DNA of 64,000 nt. Source: Poseidonia sp. GTDB lineage: Archaea; Thermoplasmatota; Poseidoniia; Poseidoniales; Poseidoniaceae. Below, one piece after another: positions 1-9,286 of the stretch (position 1 is its first letter; the number at the start of each line of letters is the position of its first letter). The position numbers were made by a program, and so were the translations under genes. The DNA lies in the NCBI GenBank assembly GCA_049600935.1, contig JBMYQB010000002.1, positions 14,302-78,301 on the forward strand, given 5' to 3'. The notes beneath the pieces are model-generated. The model was not told the DNA's origin. It saw only the letters and a list, made by a program, of their open reading frames with translations, and did not search any database.

Positions 1-3000
1 TGGATTCACCATCCATGCGGCACTCGTTATAGCCAAGGTCGGGAACCTCTTTTTCCTCCTCCTCAATCTCGTCCTCTTCCTCAACGACTTCATCGCTTTC
101 ACTCCGGGGAGTACGGCGGAGGAGTTGCACAGCAACAACGGCAAGTAACCAGCCCGCACCCATGACGCCAAGTGCTGCGTTTTGACTCACCTGAACTCCC
201 AGGGGAAGGGACAGTCCATTGGGTGGCAAGGCAGGACCCTCAATCGTGATGGGGAGCGGTAAGGCTTCGTCCGTGATTAACACGCCTCCGCCCGTGGAGG
301 TTGCCCGAACGCTCACCTCTGATACGGCGGCTCGTGCGGTGTTCGACGTGATGGTGAGTTGGAAGTCCACGCTCGAACCGGGAGAGAGGGTGTAATCCGG
401 GGTAGATGCATCGTCGCTCATTCGTGTCCATTCCAAAACCACCAAGCCAGTGTCCTGCCCGTAGGCATTGAGGGTGCCTGAGACTTCGGCATTGGCGAGG
501 TTTTGGACGGTAAGCAAGGTGGTGGTTGAACTGTCTGCACCGAGCGTGAGGCGTCCATCGGAGAACAAAAGCGCCACCAACGAATCCCCCGGCCACGAGG
601 CTTCAACCTCGTAAAGCGTGCTCTGTTCGACCACAACATTGCTGCGGACCGTACTGACTGCTCGGAACGTAATGGCACGCTGACCAGCGGCAGCGTCGTT
701 GGGCACCACGCACGACCAGCCAAAGGCATCCGAGGCGAGACCGGGTGCGACCGTGACGGAGACATCAAGGCCGCAGTCAATGCCAACGGTGGTGATGGCG
801 AAGGTGTCCTCGGTGTTGCCCGTATTGGAGAGGAAAATACTGCCGTAAACCGAACCGCCGGGTTTCGCAGAACCGACATCCGTGAGCACGGTCATGTTCG
901 CTCCCGCTGCGACTGGTTGGACGGTGATGAACACCTCATCAACGACGTTTGGGTTGGTGGATGACGCCACCCGCAGTGTGTAAATGACGCCGGCCTCCGG
1001 CGCTCCGGAGGCGATTTCTTGGACGGTGATGGACACCTGTTGGGAGGAACCTGAACTGAGTTGGAAGGTGGTGGGCGTGATGGCAACATCGAACCAGTTG
1101 CCTTGACTCTCAGTGCCCCATTCAACCAGATATACGTCCGCAGCGGTCCCGAGGTTGGTGACGTCAACCGTGGTGCTGGTTGGCGAGGAAGGACTGGCGA
1201 GCAATCGTGTTTGAACCGCCGTAACGGCAACATCTTCGCGGTCGACGATCACCACGTCAAACGAGTATGAAACACTCAGAGAAGCCGCAAGGTAGGTCAG
1301 CGTCACCGTTGAGGAACTCGGGGTTGCGCCTGCATCAGCCGAAAAGACCAGGTTCACGGTTTGCTCTGACCCACGGTCGAGTTCGGCGTCTTCAACATCA
1401 AAACTGACGTCAATGTCCGCAGGTAGCCCCGAGAGCGAGGGCGATGCGGTGTAGTTTGAGGTCCCGGAATTACGCAACGTGATGGTGAAATTGCTGCTGG
1501 CGCCGGGTGCGACGAGAACACGGTCTTCGCTGGGCGGGAGGATGTCCAACCCGTCAACTTCGAGCAGGTTGATGGGCACCTGGAGGGTGCTGGTCAGTCC
1601 GTTGTAGGTTGCCGAAAATGCTTGTTCAAGAATTCCGGACTGCAGCGGGTCGCCTTTGGTGTTCACCGTCCACGTCCCGGTTTCACCGGCAGCAATCGAG
1701 ACGCCCGATGCGGTGACAAGAACGGTGTCAAGACCGCTTGATTCGGTGATGTCAAGGAAGAAAACGGCGGCATCACTTCCGTGATTGGTCAATCGCAATT
1801 CGTAATTTGTACCAACATCGGGAACAATGTCAACGATGGTCATCGGACCGGAAAGTGTGAAATTCACATGTTCGTCAATCTCCACCGTAAAGTCAAGTTC
1901 CTCCAAGACCGAAGTGGTATCATCGACGGCATGGCTGGCGGTCAAGCGCAGTGGGCACTGAGCGCTGCTGTCGGCGTTCTCATCCACATCAACCATCAAC
2001 TCGACTTCTCCAACATCGTCAGGTTGAAGGTCGAGTGTTTGGGGCGTCACAAGGGAAACCGTGCACGGAATGGCTCCAGCGGCGGGTGGAACCGAGAGCG
2101 TCCAGTCGATGGAGAGCGGAGCGTTTCCTGTGTTGGAAACCTGCACGCCCGTGGTGGTGCTTGAGCCAGGCAGGAACACATCGCTCTGACGAAGGAAGGC
2201 AAGGCTGGCTGCAGGTTCTGTTTCAACTTCGACCACGATGATGGTTGACGACGTGATGTTGCCGTTGGTTGAGCCGATGGTCAGGCGGAAGCCGTAGAAA
2301 TCGGGAGCTGCATCGGATGGAACGGTGACGGAGAGGGTGGCCGATTCACTGCCTCCCGCTGCGATGTTGGCCAGTTCATCCTCCTGCCACTGAATGTACC
2401 AGCCTTGCGGGATGGACGAACCGAGGCCGAAGGCAGCCGTGCCTGAGATTTCCCAAGGGTAGTAGGACATGCCGCTGGTTTGGTTGAACACCGTGTCGTC
2501 AGCGGCCTGCTGAAGGGTCAATTTCACACTGGCGTTCAAGTTTACCGTGTCGTTGCTTCCCACGCATGTTTCTCCGGTGGTGCTGGAATGGAACACGCAC
2601 GCAGCAAGATAGGAGCCTGAAAGGGAAGGGTGGCTTCCATCGGAGGTGTAGAGGTCGTAGAACAGGTTGCCCGATGAGGTGGGGTCGTCCCCGTCGGCAA
2701 CAACGGCGTCGTGAACGGTTTTGTAAGCCAGTCCCACGGGGGCAATCCACACGCTGTTTCCAGCGTTTGAGATGTTCTCGGCGTATCGAGTGTAGCCTTC
2801 GGTGAGGCGAGATTGCATGTTGGTGAAGTTGTTGTTGAAACTGTTGAGACTGTCTCCATCTCGGTAGCCCCAGGTCATGAACAGCATGGTTTCAGCTCCC
2901 TCGTCCTCGATGGCATTGCTCAAGTTCACAGCGGCATCTTTGCTTTGCTGCCACATGAGTTCCGTGGTGGGGAAGGACGGCACCTGACTTTGGTCCTGAA

Positions 3001-3868
3001 GGATCACGTAATCCCATGCCGCACCACGAAGCGTGGTGTTCCACTGGTTGCCGGACGTGTTCACGTTTTGCCAGTGCTGAGGGAGTTTCATGCCCCCGGA
3101 GGTCACCGACTGCACCGTGGCGTTGTAGCCGTCAGCATCCATGACGCCTTCGACGACCGCCGCCAGGTTGTTGGCGTTCGTGTAGCTGTTGCCCATCATC
3201 ATCACCGATATCGAAGTGGAGGTGGTGTTGCCCGTGCCGTTGCCGGTCCCGTTGTCGCTAGAATTTCCGGAGGTGCCGTTGGTGTGGTTGGCCCACCAAG
3301 CGGCGAGGTCGGGTTGGACTTCAACATCAAGAAGGAAGGTATCGGTGACCGTTCCCAGGTTGTGGGCCGTAAAACTCACGTTCGTGCTTTCTCCAGCCGC
3401 CATGTGAACAAGAGGCGAGCCTCCAACGGACAAGGATGGATGATAGGCAGGAGCAACGGACACAAGCACCGTGAGGTGGGAGGACACGCCTGCGTCGGGC
3501 TCGGTGACGTTCACGATGAACGAACTGCTGTCGGCGACGGTGGCGCCTTCGGCAAGACGAACGACGAGGGTGGTGTTCTTTGTCCATGTGGGAAACACGT
3601 TTGATACCGTAGAATCAACGGGAAGAACGGTCCATGGGGCAGCGAGACTGCTCTCGTCGATGGTGATGTTGTAGGACTCGATGGACGAACCGTTGTTCTC
3701 AATGTTCAGCGTGATGTTGGTGCTCTGGCCCGGTTCAAGAACGGCGTGCTGGACATCCACCGACAAAAGAATGGAGTCGTCAGCCGAGACCGGCATCACG
3801 AGGGGCGTGAGGCTCATGGCCATCAAAGCGAGAACACAGAACACGGCTCGGCCTGCTCGGCTGGACAT
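1..3868 (-). CDS. Surface protein, C-terminal end cut by the window edge. Signal peptide, repeated CARDB/COG1470-like beta-sandwich domains, embedded SGNH/DUF4886-like hydrolase domain, C-terminal TM plus acidic tail
   Basis: Absent from the ORF track because it is open at the edge. My translation of the reverse strand from the ATG at 3868-3866 is uninterrupted to nt 1. N-terminus is MSSRAGRAVFCVLALMAMSLTPLVMPVSADDS. Repeat strands: ENNGSSIESYNITI, HNLGTVTDTFLLDV, SNTGNAPLSIDW, TNHGSDAAVFFLDI, RNSGTSNYTA, TNLGTAADVYLVEW, SNTGNTEDTFAI. Hydrolase-like core: MMMGNSYTNANN ... SDGSHPSLSGSYLAA. C-terminal helix GVMGAGWLLAVVAVQLL is followed by RRTPRSESDEVVEEEDEIEEEEKE. Confidence 0.8.
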   Translation of the reverse strand, partial: MSSRAGRAVFCVLALMAMSLTPLVMPVSADDSILLSVDVQHAVLEPGQSTNITLNIENNGSSIESYNITIDESSLAAPWTVLPVDSTVSNVFPTWTKNTTLVVRLAEGATVADSSSFIVNVTEPDAGVSSHLTVLVSVAPAYHPSLSVGGSPLVHMAAGESTNVSFTAHNLGTVTDTFLLDVEVQPDLAAWWANHTNGTSGNSSDNGTGNGTGNTTSTSISVMMMGNSYTNANNLAAVVEGVMDADGYNATVQSVTSGGMKLPQHWQNVNTSGNQWNTTLRGAAWDYVILQDQSQVPSFPTTELMWQQSKDAAVNLSNAIEDEGAETMLFMTWGYRDGDSLNSFNNNFTNMQSRLTEGYTRYAENISNAGNSVWIAPVGLAYKTVHDAVVADGDDPTSSGNLFYDLYTSDGSHPSLSGSYLAACVFHSSTTGETCVGSNDTVNLNASVKLTLQQAADDTVFNQTSGMSYYPWEISGTAAFGLGSSIPQGWYIQWQEDELANIAAGGSESATLSVTVPSDAAPDFYGFRLTIGSTNGNITSSTIIVVEVETEPAASLAFLRQSDVFLPGSSTTTGVQVSNTGNAPLSIDWTLSVPPAAGAIPCTVSLVTPQTLDLQPDDVGEVELMVDVDENADSSAQCPLRLTASHAVDDTTSVLEELDFTVEIDEHVNFTLSGPMTIVDIVPDVGTNYELRLTNHGSDAAVFFLDITESSGLDTVLVTASGVSIAAGETGTWTVNTKGDPLQSGILEQAFSATYNGLTSTLQVPINLLEVDGLDILPPSEDRVLVAPGASSNFTITLRNSGTSNYTASPSLSGLPADIDVSFDVEDAELDRGSEQTVNLVFSADAGATPSSSTVTLTYLAASLSVSYSFDVVIVDREDVAVTAVQTRLLASPSSPTSTTVDVTNLGTAADVYLVEWGTESQGNWFDVAITPTTFQLSSGSSQQVSITVQEIASGAPEAGVIYTLRVASSTNPNVVDEVFITVQPVAAGANMTVLTDVGSAKPGGSVYGSIFLSNTGNTEDTFAITTVGIDCGLDVSVTVAPGLASDAFGWSCVVPNDAAAGQRAITFRAVSTVRSNVVVEQSTLYEVEASWPGDSLVALLFSDGRLTLGADSSTTTLLTVQNLANAEVSGTLNAYGQDTGLVVLEWTRMSDDASTPDYTLSPGSSVDFQLTITSNTARAAVSEVSVRATSTGGGVLITDEALPLPITIEGPALPPNGLSLPLGVQVSQNAALGVMGAGWLLAVVAVQLLRRTPRSESDEVVEEEDEIEEEEKEVPDLGYNECRMDGES

Positions 3869-3871
3869 GAC

Positions 3872-3939
3872 CCAACCAAAGCGACGCTGTTCAAGAGACT
3901 TCGGGCAAGTCAGAACCTCATGCATCATGCTTTGGTTGG
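3872..3939. repeat. Perfect 11-bp inverted repeat (CCAACCAAAGC at 3872-3882, GCTTTGGTTGG at 3929-3939) with a 46-nt spacer, in a divergent intergenic region
   Basis: Read directly from the sequence. It lies between the start of the 1-3868 gene (3868) and the aspS start (4013). Confidence 0.6.
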
Positions 3940-4012
3940 ATTCAAAATCCGTGAAGGAAATGTCTGCCGAGCGAAGCGAATGGTTCATGTTGTGTGCCTC
4001 AACCCCAGCGCC

Positions 4013-5419
4013 ATGACCACATGGGTACCAACCGCTTACCGCACGCACACCCTCGGCGAATTGCAAGCAAACGGCGGCGGCCTTGTCGGAAGCGAAGTCA
4101 CCGTAATCGGCTTCATGGAAGCCAACCGTGGAAAAGGCGCCATTTGTTTTGTTGACCTCCGAGACGGCACCGGAAAGACCCAAGTCTTCCTCAAATCGGA
4201 CTCCATCGGGGAAGAAGCCTTGGACATGGTCCAGCGAATGACCCGAGAGTCAACGCTCCAGTTTACGGGCACCGTCGCTCTCAAGCGCCCACCCAAAGTG
4301 AAGGAAGGCGAACCCACGCCCCCACCTGCATACGAAGTCTTGGCCACATCGGTCAACGTCATCGCCCGTGCTGAAGCCCCTCTACCGTTGGGCGTTACCG
4401 ACAACGTGAATGTCGAACTTGATACCCGCCTTGACAACCGATTCCTCGACCTACGAAGAGCCCACGTCAACGCCATGTTCCGCCTCCGAGGAAAAGTCCT
4501 GCAGTACGGCCGAGAACACCTCATCACCGAAGGTTTTGTCGAAACGCACACGCCAAAGATCGTCGCCACCGCCACCGAAGGTGGAGCGGATTTGTTTCCC
4601 ATGCAGTACTTCGACCGCCCTGCCTTCCTGAACCAATCCCCTCAGCTCTTCAAGCAACTTTGCATGAGCGGAGGTTTGGAGCGCGTCTTCGAAATCGGGC
4701 CCGCCTTCCGAGCGGAGAAAAGCGACACGTACCGCCACTTGGCCGAATTTATTTCCTTCGATATTGAATGTTCATGGGCCAACGACGACGACGTGATGGG
4801 CGTGCTTGAACGCATGCTTCACCACATCTGGAAATCCGTTGCCGAAGATGAGGAATCGCAAGACCTCATCGCCACCATCAACGCCTTCCGAGCAGAACAG
4901 GGTGAGGAACTGGTGGAGGTCATCGTCCCGGAATTGCCATTCCCCCGTGTGGAGTACGACGACGCCATTCGCATCATCAAGGAAAAGGGAGGGAGCATCG
5001 AGTGGGGCGATGATATCGACGCCGAGAACTCCGACCTCTTGGCTGAAGACCTCCCGCAATTCTACTTCCTACCACGCTGGCCCATGTCGCTCAAACCGTT
5101 TTACATCCATCAAATTGAGGGCGAAATTGGGAGCACGGGCGAACAGCTCTCACGAGGATTTGATCTCAACTTCGGTCGAGACGAGATGACCTCGGGTGGT
5201 CAGCGAGAACATCGCATCGATGTCTTGGTCGACAACTTGCGCTCGATGGATTTGGACCCCGAAGAGTTCGAATTTTATGTGGCTGGTTTCCGCCACGGCG
5301 TCCCCCCTCACGCAGGATGGGGACTTGGAGTTGAGCGAATTTTGATGAAATTGACCGGGGCCAAGAACGTCAGAGAAACGGTCCTCTTCCCTCGCGACCT
5401 CCGTCGATACTGCCCTTGA
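4013..5419 (+). CDS. aspS: Aspartyl-tRNA synthetase, archaeal/eukaryal type (class IIb)
   Basis: Class II motifs GPAFRAEKSDTYRHLAEF (motif 2), SGGQREHR and GWGLGVERILM (motif 3). N-terminal OB region VTVIGFMEANRGKGAICFVDLRDGTG. Start moved to the ATG at 4013 (MTTWVPTAYRTHTLGEL) because the track start at 3746 overlaps the divergent upstream gene. Confidence 0.9.
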   Translation: MTTWVPTAYRTHTLGELQANGGGLVGSEVTVIGFMEANRGKGAICFVDLRDGTGKTQVFLKSDSIGEEALDMVQRMTRESTLQFTGTVALKRPPKVKEGEPTPPPAYEVLATSVNVIARAEAPLPLGVTDNVNVELDTRLDNRFLDLRRAHVNAMFRLRGKVLQYGREHLITEGFVETHTPKIVATATEGGADLFPMQYFDRPAFLNQSPQLFKQLCMSGGLERVFEIGPAFRAEKSDTYRHLAEFISFDIECSWANDDDVMGVLERMLHHIWKSVAEDEESQDLIATINAFRAEQGEELVEVIVPELPFPRVEYDDAIRIIKEKGGSIEWGDDIDAENSDLLAEDLPQFYFLPRWPMSLKPFYIHQIEGEIGSTGEQLSRGFDLNFGRDEMTSGGQREHRIDVLVDNLRSMDLDPEEFEFYVAGFRHGVPPHAGWGLGVERILMKLTGAKNVRETVLFPRDLRRYCP

Positions 5420-5487
5420 ATCTCGAAGTTCAAGCGGTCGCAAGGAAGCGACACAAGCATGAAAGCCCAACTCCCTTTGTTTGAGCC

Positions 5488-6234
5488 ATGGCCGTCGACC
5501 GAATGCAATGGGGGGCTGAAGCGTGGCAGTACGCTGACCTCTACATGCCGGACGACCCCTCACCGTTCCAGAAGGACGAGGGAATCCCGTGCATCATGCT
5601 CATCCACGGTGGATTTTGGAAAGAAGAATACACGCTGGACCTCATGCAACCCATCGCTGAAGACCTTGCCGAGGCCGGAGTTGCAGCATGGAACATCGAG
5701 TTCAAACGATGGAAGCCCGGTGAGGAAGGCGTGTGGATGGACACGCTCTCCGATGTGTTGAGAGCTTGGGGCCAACTCGCGTTGTTACCCGGCATTGACA
5801 TCACACGTTCCATGGTCATGGGGCATTCCGCTGGCGGACAATTGGCCCTGCTGATGAGTGCCAAGGCAGAGCGGCGACCGTGGTTGGCCATCGCGCAGGC
5901 CCCGCTGACCGACCTCATCGGTGCGGACCACGCCCGTCTTTCGGACGACGGCGACGCCGTTCGACGATGGATTGGATGCGCTCCGGAAGAAAACGAAACG
6001 GTGTGGGGCCAACTCAATCCCGTTGACCATCCGCCACGTACCAGCGTTCTGCTGTTTCACGGTGAAGACGATGTGGATGTACCGCTCGAGCAGTCGGAAA
6101 CCTATGCACGGGTGATGAAAGCCAAAGGCGCAGATGTTCAGAAAGTCTGGCTACCTGGAGACCACTACGATATCATCGATGTTGCATCAGACGACTGGTT
6201 GGTGCAACTCAACACCGTTCTCGACTGGTTGTGA
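5488..6234 (+). CDS. Alpha/beta hydrolase, arylformamidase/esterase-like (HGG-type oxyanion hole)
   Basis: LIHGGFW oxyanion motif, nucleophile elbow MGHSAGGQ, acid HGEDDVDVP, His in LPGDHYD. ATG verified at 5488. Confidence 0.75.
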   Translation: MAVDRMQWGAEAWQYADLYMPDDPSPFQKDEGIPCIMLIHGGFWKEEYTLDLMQPIAEDLAEAGVAAWNIEFKRWKPGEEGVWMDTLSDVLRAWGQLALLPGIDITRSMVMGHSAGGQLALLMSAKAERRPWLAIAQAPLTDLIGADHARLSDDGDAVRRWIGCAPEENETVWGQLNPVDHPPRTSVLLFHGEDDVDVPLEQSETYARVMKAKGADVQKVWLPGDHYDIIDVASDDWLVQLNTVLDWL

Positions 6235-6243
6235 TGAGGTCAG

Positions 6244-7125
6244 ATGAAGGCCCCCGCAGGTTCTGGGGCACATCCCAAGGCCTATGACCTATGGCGAATT
6301 CCACGACACATGGACCTGCTCGGCAGCGACTACCCGTTCGTATCGACAGCGCTTGAAGGCAAGCATGCCTTCGTCTGCGGTGCGAGCAAAGGCATTGGTG
6401 AGGCGACCGCAAAAATGCTCGCCAAAGCCGGCGCGAACATCACCGTCTGTGCTCGAAACGGTGCGGCGTTGACCGCCCTATGTGAAGAGCTTGGTCGTCT
6501 CGGGACGGGTCGACATCAAGCCTTGGCATTGGACCTTGAGGAAACGGAAAGCATCGCATCGGCCTTTGCTTCGGCTGTGGAGACCTTGGGGCCGGTCCAC
6601 ATCCTCATCAACAACGCTGGCGGGCCGCCTGGTGGACCCTTGCTCAACAACGATGTTGGCGATTTTGATGCCCCCTTTCGACGCCATCTTCACGCCGCCC
6701 ACACCCTCGTCAAAGCCGCCGCTCCCAGCATGGAGAGTGAGGGATTCGGTCGAATCGTCCAAATCATCTCCACGTCCGTCAAGGAACCCATTCCCAACAT
6801 CGGACTGTCCAACACCCTCCGAGGGGCCATGGCCTCTTGGGCGAAATCCATGTCCAACGAACTGGCACCCTGCATCACCATCAACAACGTGCTACCGGGA
6901 TTTACCGACACCGAACGGTTGGGTAATCTTTCGGCATCCATCCAGGAGCGAACGGGCAAATCGGCTGAATCCGTTCGTGAAGGGTGGCTCAATCAAGTTC
7001 CCATCGGCCGTCTCATCGACCCGCTTGAAACAGCAAGCGCCATCACCTATCTCTGTCTGCCCGCATCTGGAGGTATCCGCGGCGTGAGTTTGGCCGTGGA
7101 CGGCGGTCGTTTACGCTCCATTTGA
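6244..7125 (+). CDS. Short-chain dehydrogenase/reductase family protein (BKR-like, atypical active site)
   Basis: Rossmann motif VCGASKGIGEA and NNAGG. GAGGT lies 4 nt upstream of the ATG at 6244; an alternative ATG is at 6310. At the expected YxxxK position the sequence reads S-N-T-L-R. Confidence 0.8.
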   Translation: MKAPAGSGAHPKAYDLWRIPRHMDLLGSDYPFVSTALEGKHAFVCGASKGIGEATAKMLAKAGANITVCARNGAALTALCEELGRLGTGRHQALALDLEETESIASAFASAVETLGPVHILINNAGGPPGGPLLNNDVGDFDAPFRRHLHAAHTLVKAAAPSMESEGFGRIVQIISTSVKEPIPNIGLSNTLRGAMASWAKSMSNELAPCITINNVLPGFTDTERLGNLSASIQERTGKSAESVREGWLNQVPIGRLIDPLETASAITYLCLPASGGIRGVSLAVDGGRLRSI

Positions 7126-7134
7126 GGCGATACC

Positions 7135-7983
7135 ATGGACACGGACATGTCTCCTGAAATGGCGGGGCAGGTGCTCCGCATGTTGACCGACGGTGGCTCG
7201 ATGGACAACATCAACACGTCGCTTGCGCTCCGGTTGATTCCGCTCGCTCAAGAGGTTGGAAACCAGGAATTGGTTGAACAATTACTCGAACACGCAAGCA
7301 AGATCGCCACCGATGATGAAGAGCGAGGATGGGCCAAATTTGAGGCCCTGAAGGTGATGGAGGCCTCCGTTGAAAGTTACCTTCGGCTCGCCGAGGACGC
7401 CGAAGCAATGGAGGGTGCTCAAGCCCTCACGGCCGCCGTCAATCACTACGTCGCGCTGCTTTACCTTGCAGAAGGTCAACTCGACGAAGCACGGGCAACG
7501 GCTCAACATGCTCTTCGCCTGCGACAAACCCTTGACGATGACGAAGGGCGTTCCTACGGCATGGCGCTGCTCATGACCATCGCGAAACGACAGCATGACG
7601 AAGCCACAGCCATTGCTGTTGGGACCGAACGTTTGGAATTGCTCATGGTCCTCAAGGACGAAGTAGGCCAAATGGAAGCCCTCGCTGATTTGGCTCATTG
7701 CCAAGCGACCATCGGGGAATTTTCCACCGCACAAGACCTGTTCACGCAATCCCTTGAGCGAGCCCAGCAACTCGGGAGTCTCTCGGGCCAATTGGTCGCC
7801 AGATGGGGCCTTGCGGACCTTGCTGAAATCCGTGAAGATTTTGAAACGGCGATGCTCGTTCTGTCAGACTGCCTTCATGAATTCATTGCAGAAGACGCCG
7901 CAGCACCTCCACAATTACGACAACGCATCAGCGATTTAACCGACCTCAAAAATCAGCCACGACCCTCTGAAGACGAAGCATAG
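7135..7983 (+). CDS. Acidic all-helical hypothetical protein, TPR-like repeats
   Basis: 282-aa ORF with an ATG start, co-directional with its neighbours. Repeated helical hairpins rich in A/L/E/Q (for example ALLYLAEGQLDEARATAQHALRL, ADLAHCQATIGEFSTAQDLFTQSLERAQQLG). No catalytic motif recognised. Confidence 0.5.
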   Translation: MDTDMSPEMAGQVLRMLTDGGSMDNINTSLALRLIPLAQEVGNQELVEQLLEHASKIATDDEERGWAKFEALKVMEASVESYLRLAEDAEAMEGAQALTAAVNHYVALLYLAEGQLDEARATAQHALRLRQTLDDDEGRSYGMALLMTIAKRQHDEATAIAVGTERLELLMVLKDEVGQMEALADLAHCQATIGEFSTAQDLFTQSLERAQQLGSLSGQLVARWGLADLAEIREDFETAMLVLSDCLHEFIAEDAAAPPQLRQRISDLTDLKNQPRPSEDEA

Positions 7984-8035
7984 TTCGCCACACCCATTAT
8001 GAGCCATGGCGATATGGAGCAAACGGTGAGTGAGC

Positions 8036-9286
8036 ATGGAGCATGACATCTTCTTCTCCATCTCCCAAACGCCCGATGAAGAGGGGCATCTTCCCACCGA
8101 AGCCACGATGATGAAGAATTATTTTGAACAGCTTGAATGCGCAGACCGACTTGGCTTCGGCGTTGGATGGATTGCTCAAGCCCACCTCTCAACCGAGACG
8201 CAGAAGTCCAACCAGCACCCAGTCGTACCGCACTGGAAAGGCGAGGTCGGCCTGTGCACCGATTTCCCACAGTTGGCCTTGGAATCGTTTCGGCGTACGA
8301 GCAACATCGAAATTGGCAGTGCCGTGGTCTCCATCCTCGCTTCGGGCGGACCCATCGCTCAGGCTGAACGCATGGCCAACGTGTTGAGTCTGCACGGTTT
8401 GGATGAAAACGAGCATCGCTGTCTTCACGTCGGATTCTCCGCCGGACGCTTTGAGTTCATGGCGCGCCCCTACGGCATTGTGCCACGAACCTCCATTGAA
8501 GAGGCGGCTTGGCCAGCACTCCGAGGCCAAATTTTCATGGAAGCCGCCGAAATTTTCCTTCGTTTGTTGCGGGGCGATGTCATCAATTCGGGCATGATTC
8601 GCCCCACCGTGCTGACACGGGCGAACTTCAGAAGCGATGAAGACTGGCAGGCGGTGCAGGATGCAGCGGTTGAATTTGAAGCGCTTGAACAACCACCCGA
8701 AGAAATTCTCATCCCCTCAAGGTACGTGTTTGAAGACCTCAAAATCGTCCCGACCTCGTTCCGTCGGTCCTTGCTCAAGTTGGTCGCAGGGACGCACGAC
8801 CCTCGGGCGCAAACCTTCGTCAACACCATCCTCCCCGTGAAGGTGTTCAACCTCTCCATCACCTCACCGGAGGTGATTGACGCCACCCACGAACGCATGC
8901 GTGAAGTCTACCATCCCGAAGGAGGTGAGTGGAAGCGAAGCGACATGCCTCGGACCAGCTTTGTTTTCTTGAACGCTGAAGAAGGGCTATCCGCAGAGGA
9001 ACAAAGCAAGGCTGCTCAAGCCGAAGCAGACCAAGCCTTGGGCGCTTACTGGAACGCCCTCGAGGGCACCATCGACCCTGAGAAGGTATCCAAAGCGGCG
9101 AACAATGCTCTTATTGGCAACGTTGAGGAAGTGGCGCAGCAAATGGTGGAACGGTTTCATCCAGACGACCGCATCATGGCGTGGTTTGACTTCTTCAATC
9201 ACGATTCCAAGCGGGTTTGTCGAAACATGACGGCCTACATGGAACAGGTTGTTCCGCTTGTTGAATCCATGTTGAAGGGGGCATGA
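8036..9286 (+). CDS. Luciferase-like monooxygenase (LLM) family flavin-dependent oxidoreductase, putative
   Basis: TIM-barrel LLM-like N-terminus (FFSISQTPDEEG ... FEQLECADRLGFGVGWIAQAHLS). The track start at 8030 is GTG; the first ATG is at 8036. Its stop overlaps the next start (ATGA at 9283-9286). Confidence 0.55.
   Translation: MEHDIFFSISQTPDEEGHLPTEATMMKNYFEQLECADRLGFGVGWIAQAHLSTETQKSNQHPVVPHWKGEVGLCTDFPQLALESFRRTSNIEIGSAVVSILASGGPIAQAERMANVLSLHGLDENEHRCLHVGFSAGRFEFMARPYGIVPRTSIEEAAWPALRGQIFMEAAEIFLRLLRGDVINSGMIRPTVLTRANFRSDEDWQAVQDAAVEFEALEQPPEEILIPSRYVFEDLKIVPTSFRRSLLKLVAGTHDPRAQTFVNTILPVKVFNLSITSPEVIDATHERMREVYHPEGGEWKRSDMPRTSFVFLNAEEGLSAEEQSKAAQAEADQALGAYWNALEGTIDPEKVSKAANNALIGNVEEVAQQMVERFHPDDRIMAWFDFFNHDSKRVCRNMTAYMEQVVPLVESMLKGA

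Noticed and set aside
3746-4012. Upstream extension of the AspRS ORF (track start 3746)
   Set aside because: It overlaps the start of the divergent 1-3868 gene and has a basic, non-AspRS-like sequence. The conserved AspRS N-terminus begins at the ATG at 4013.
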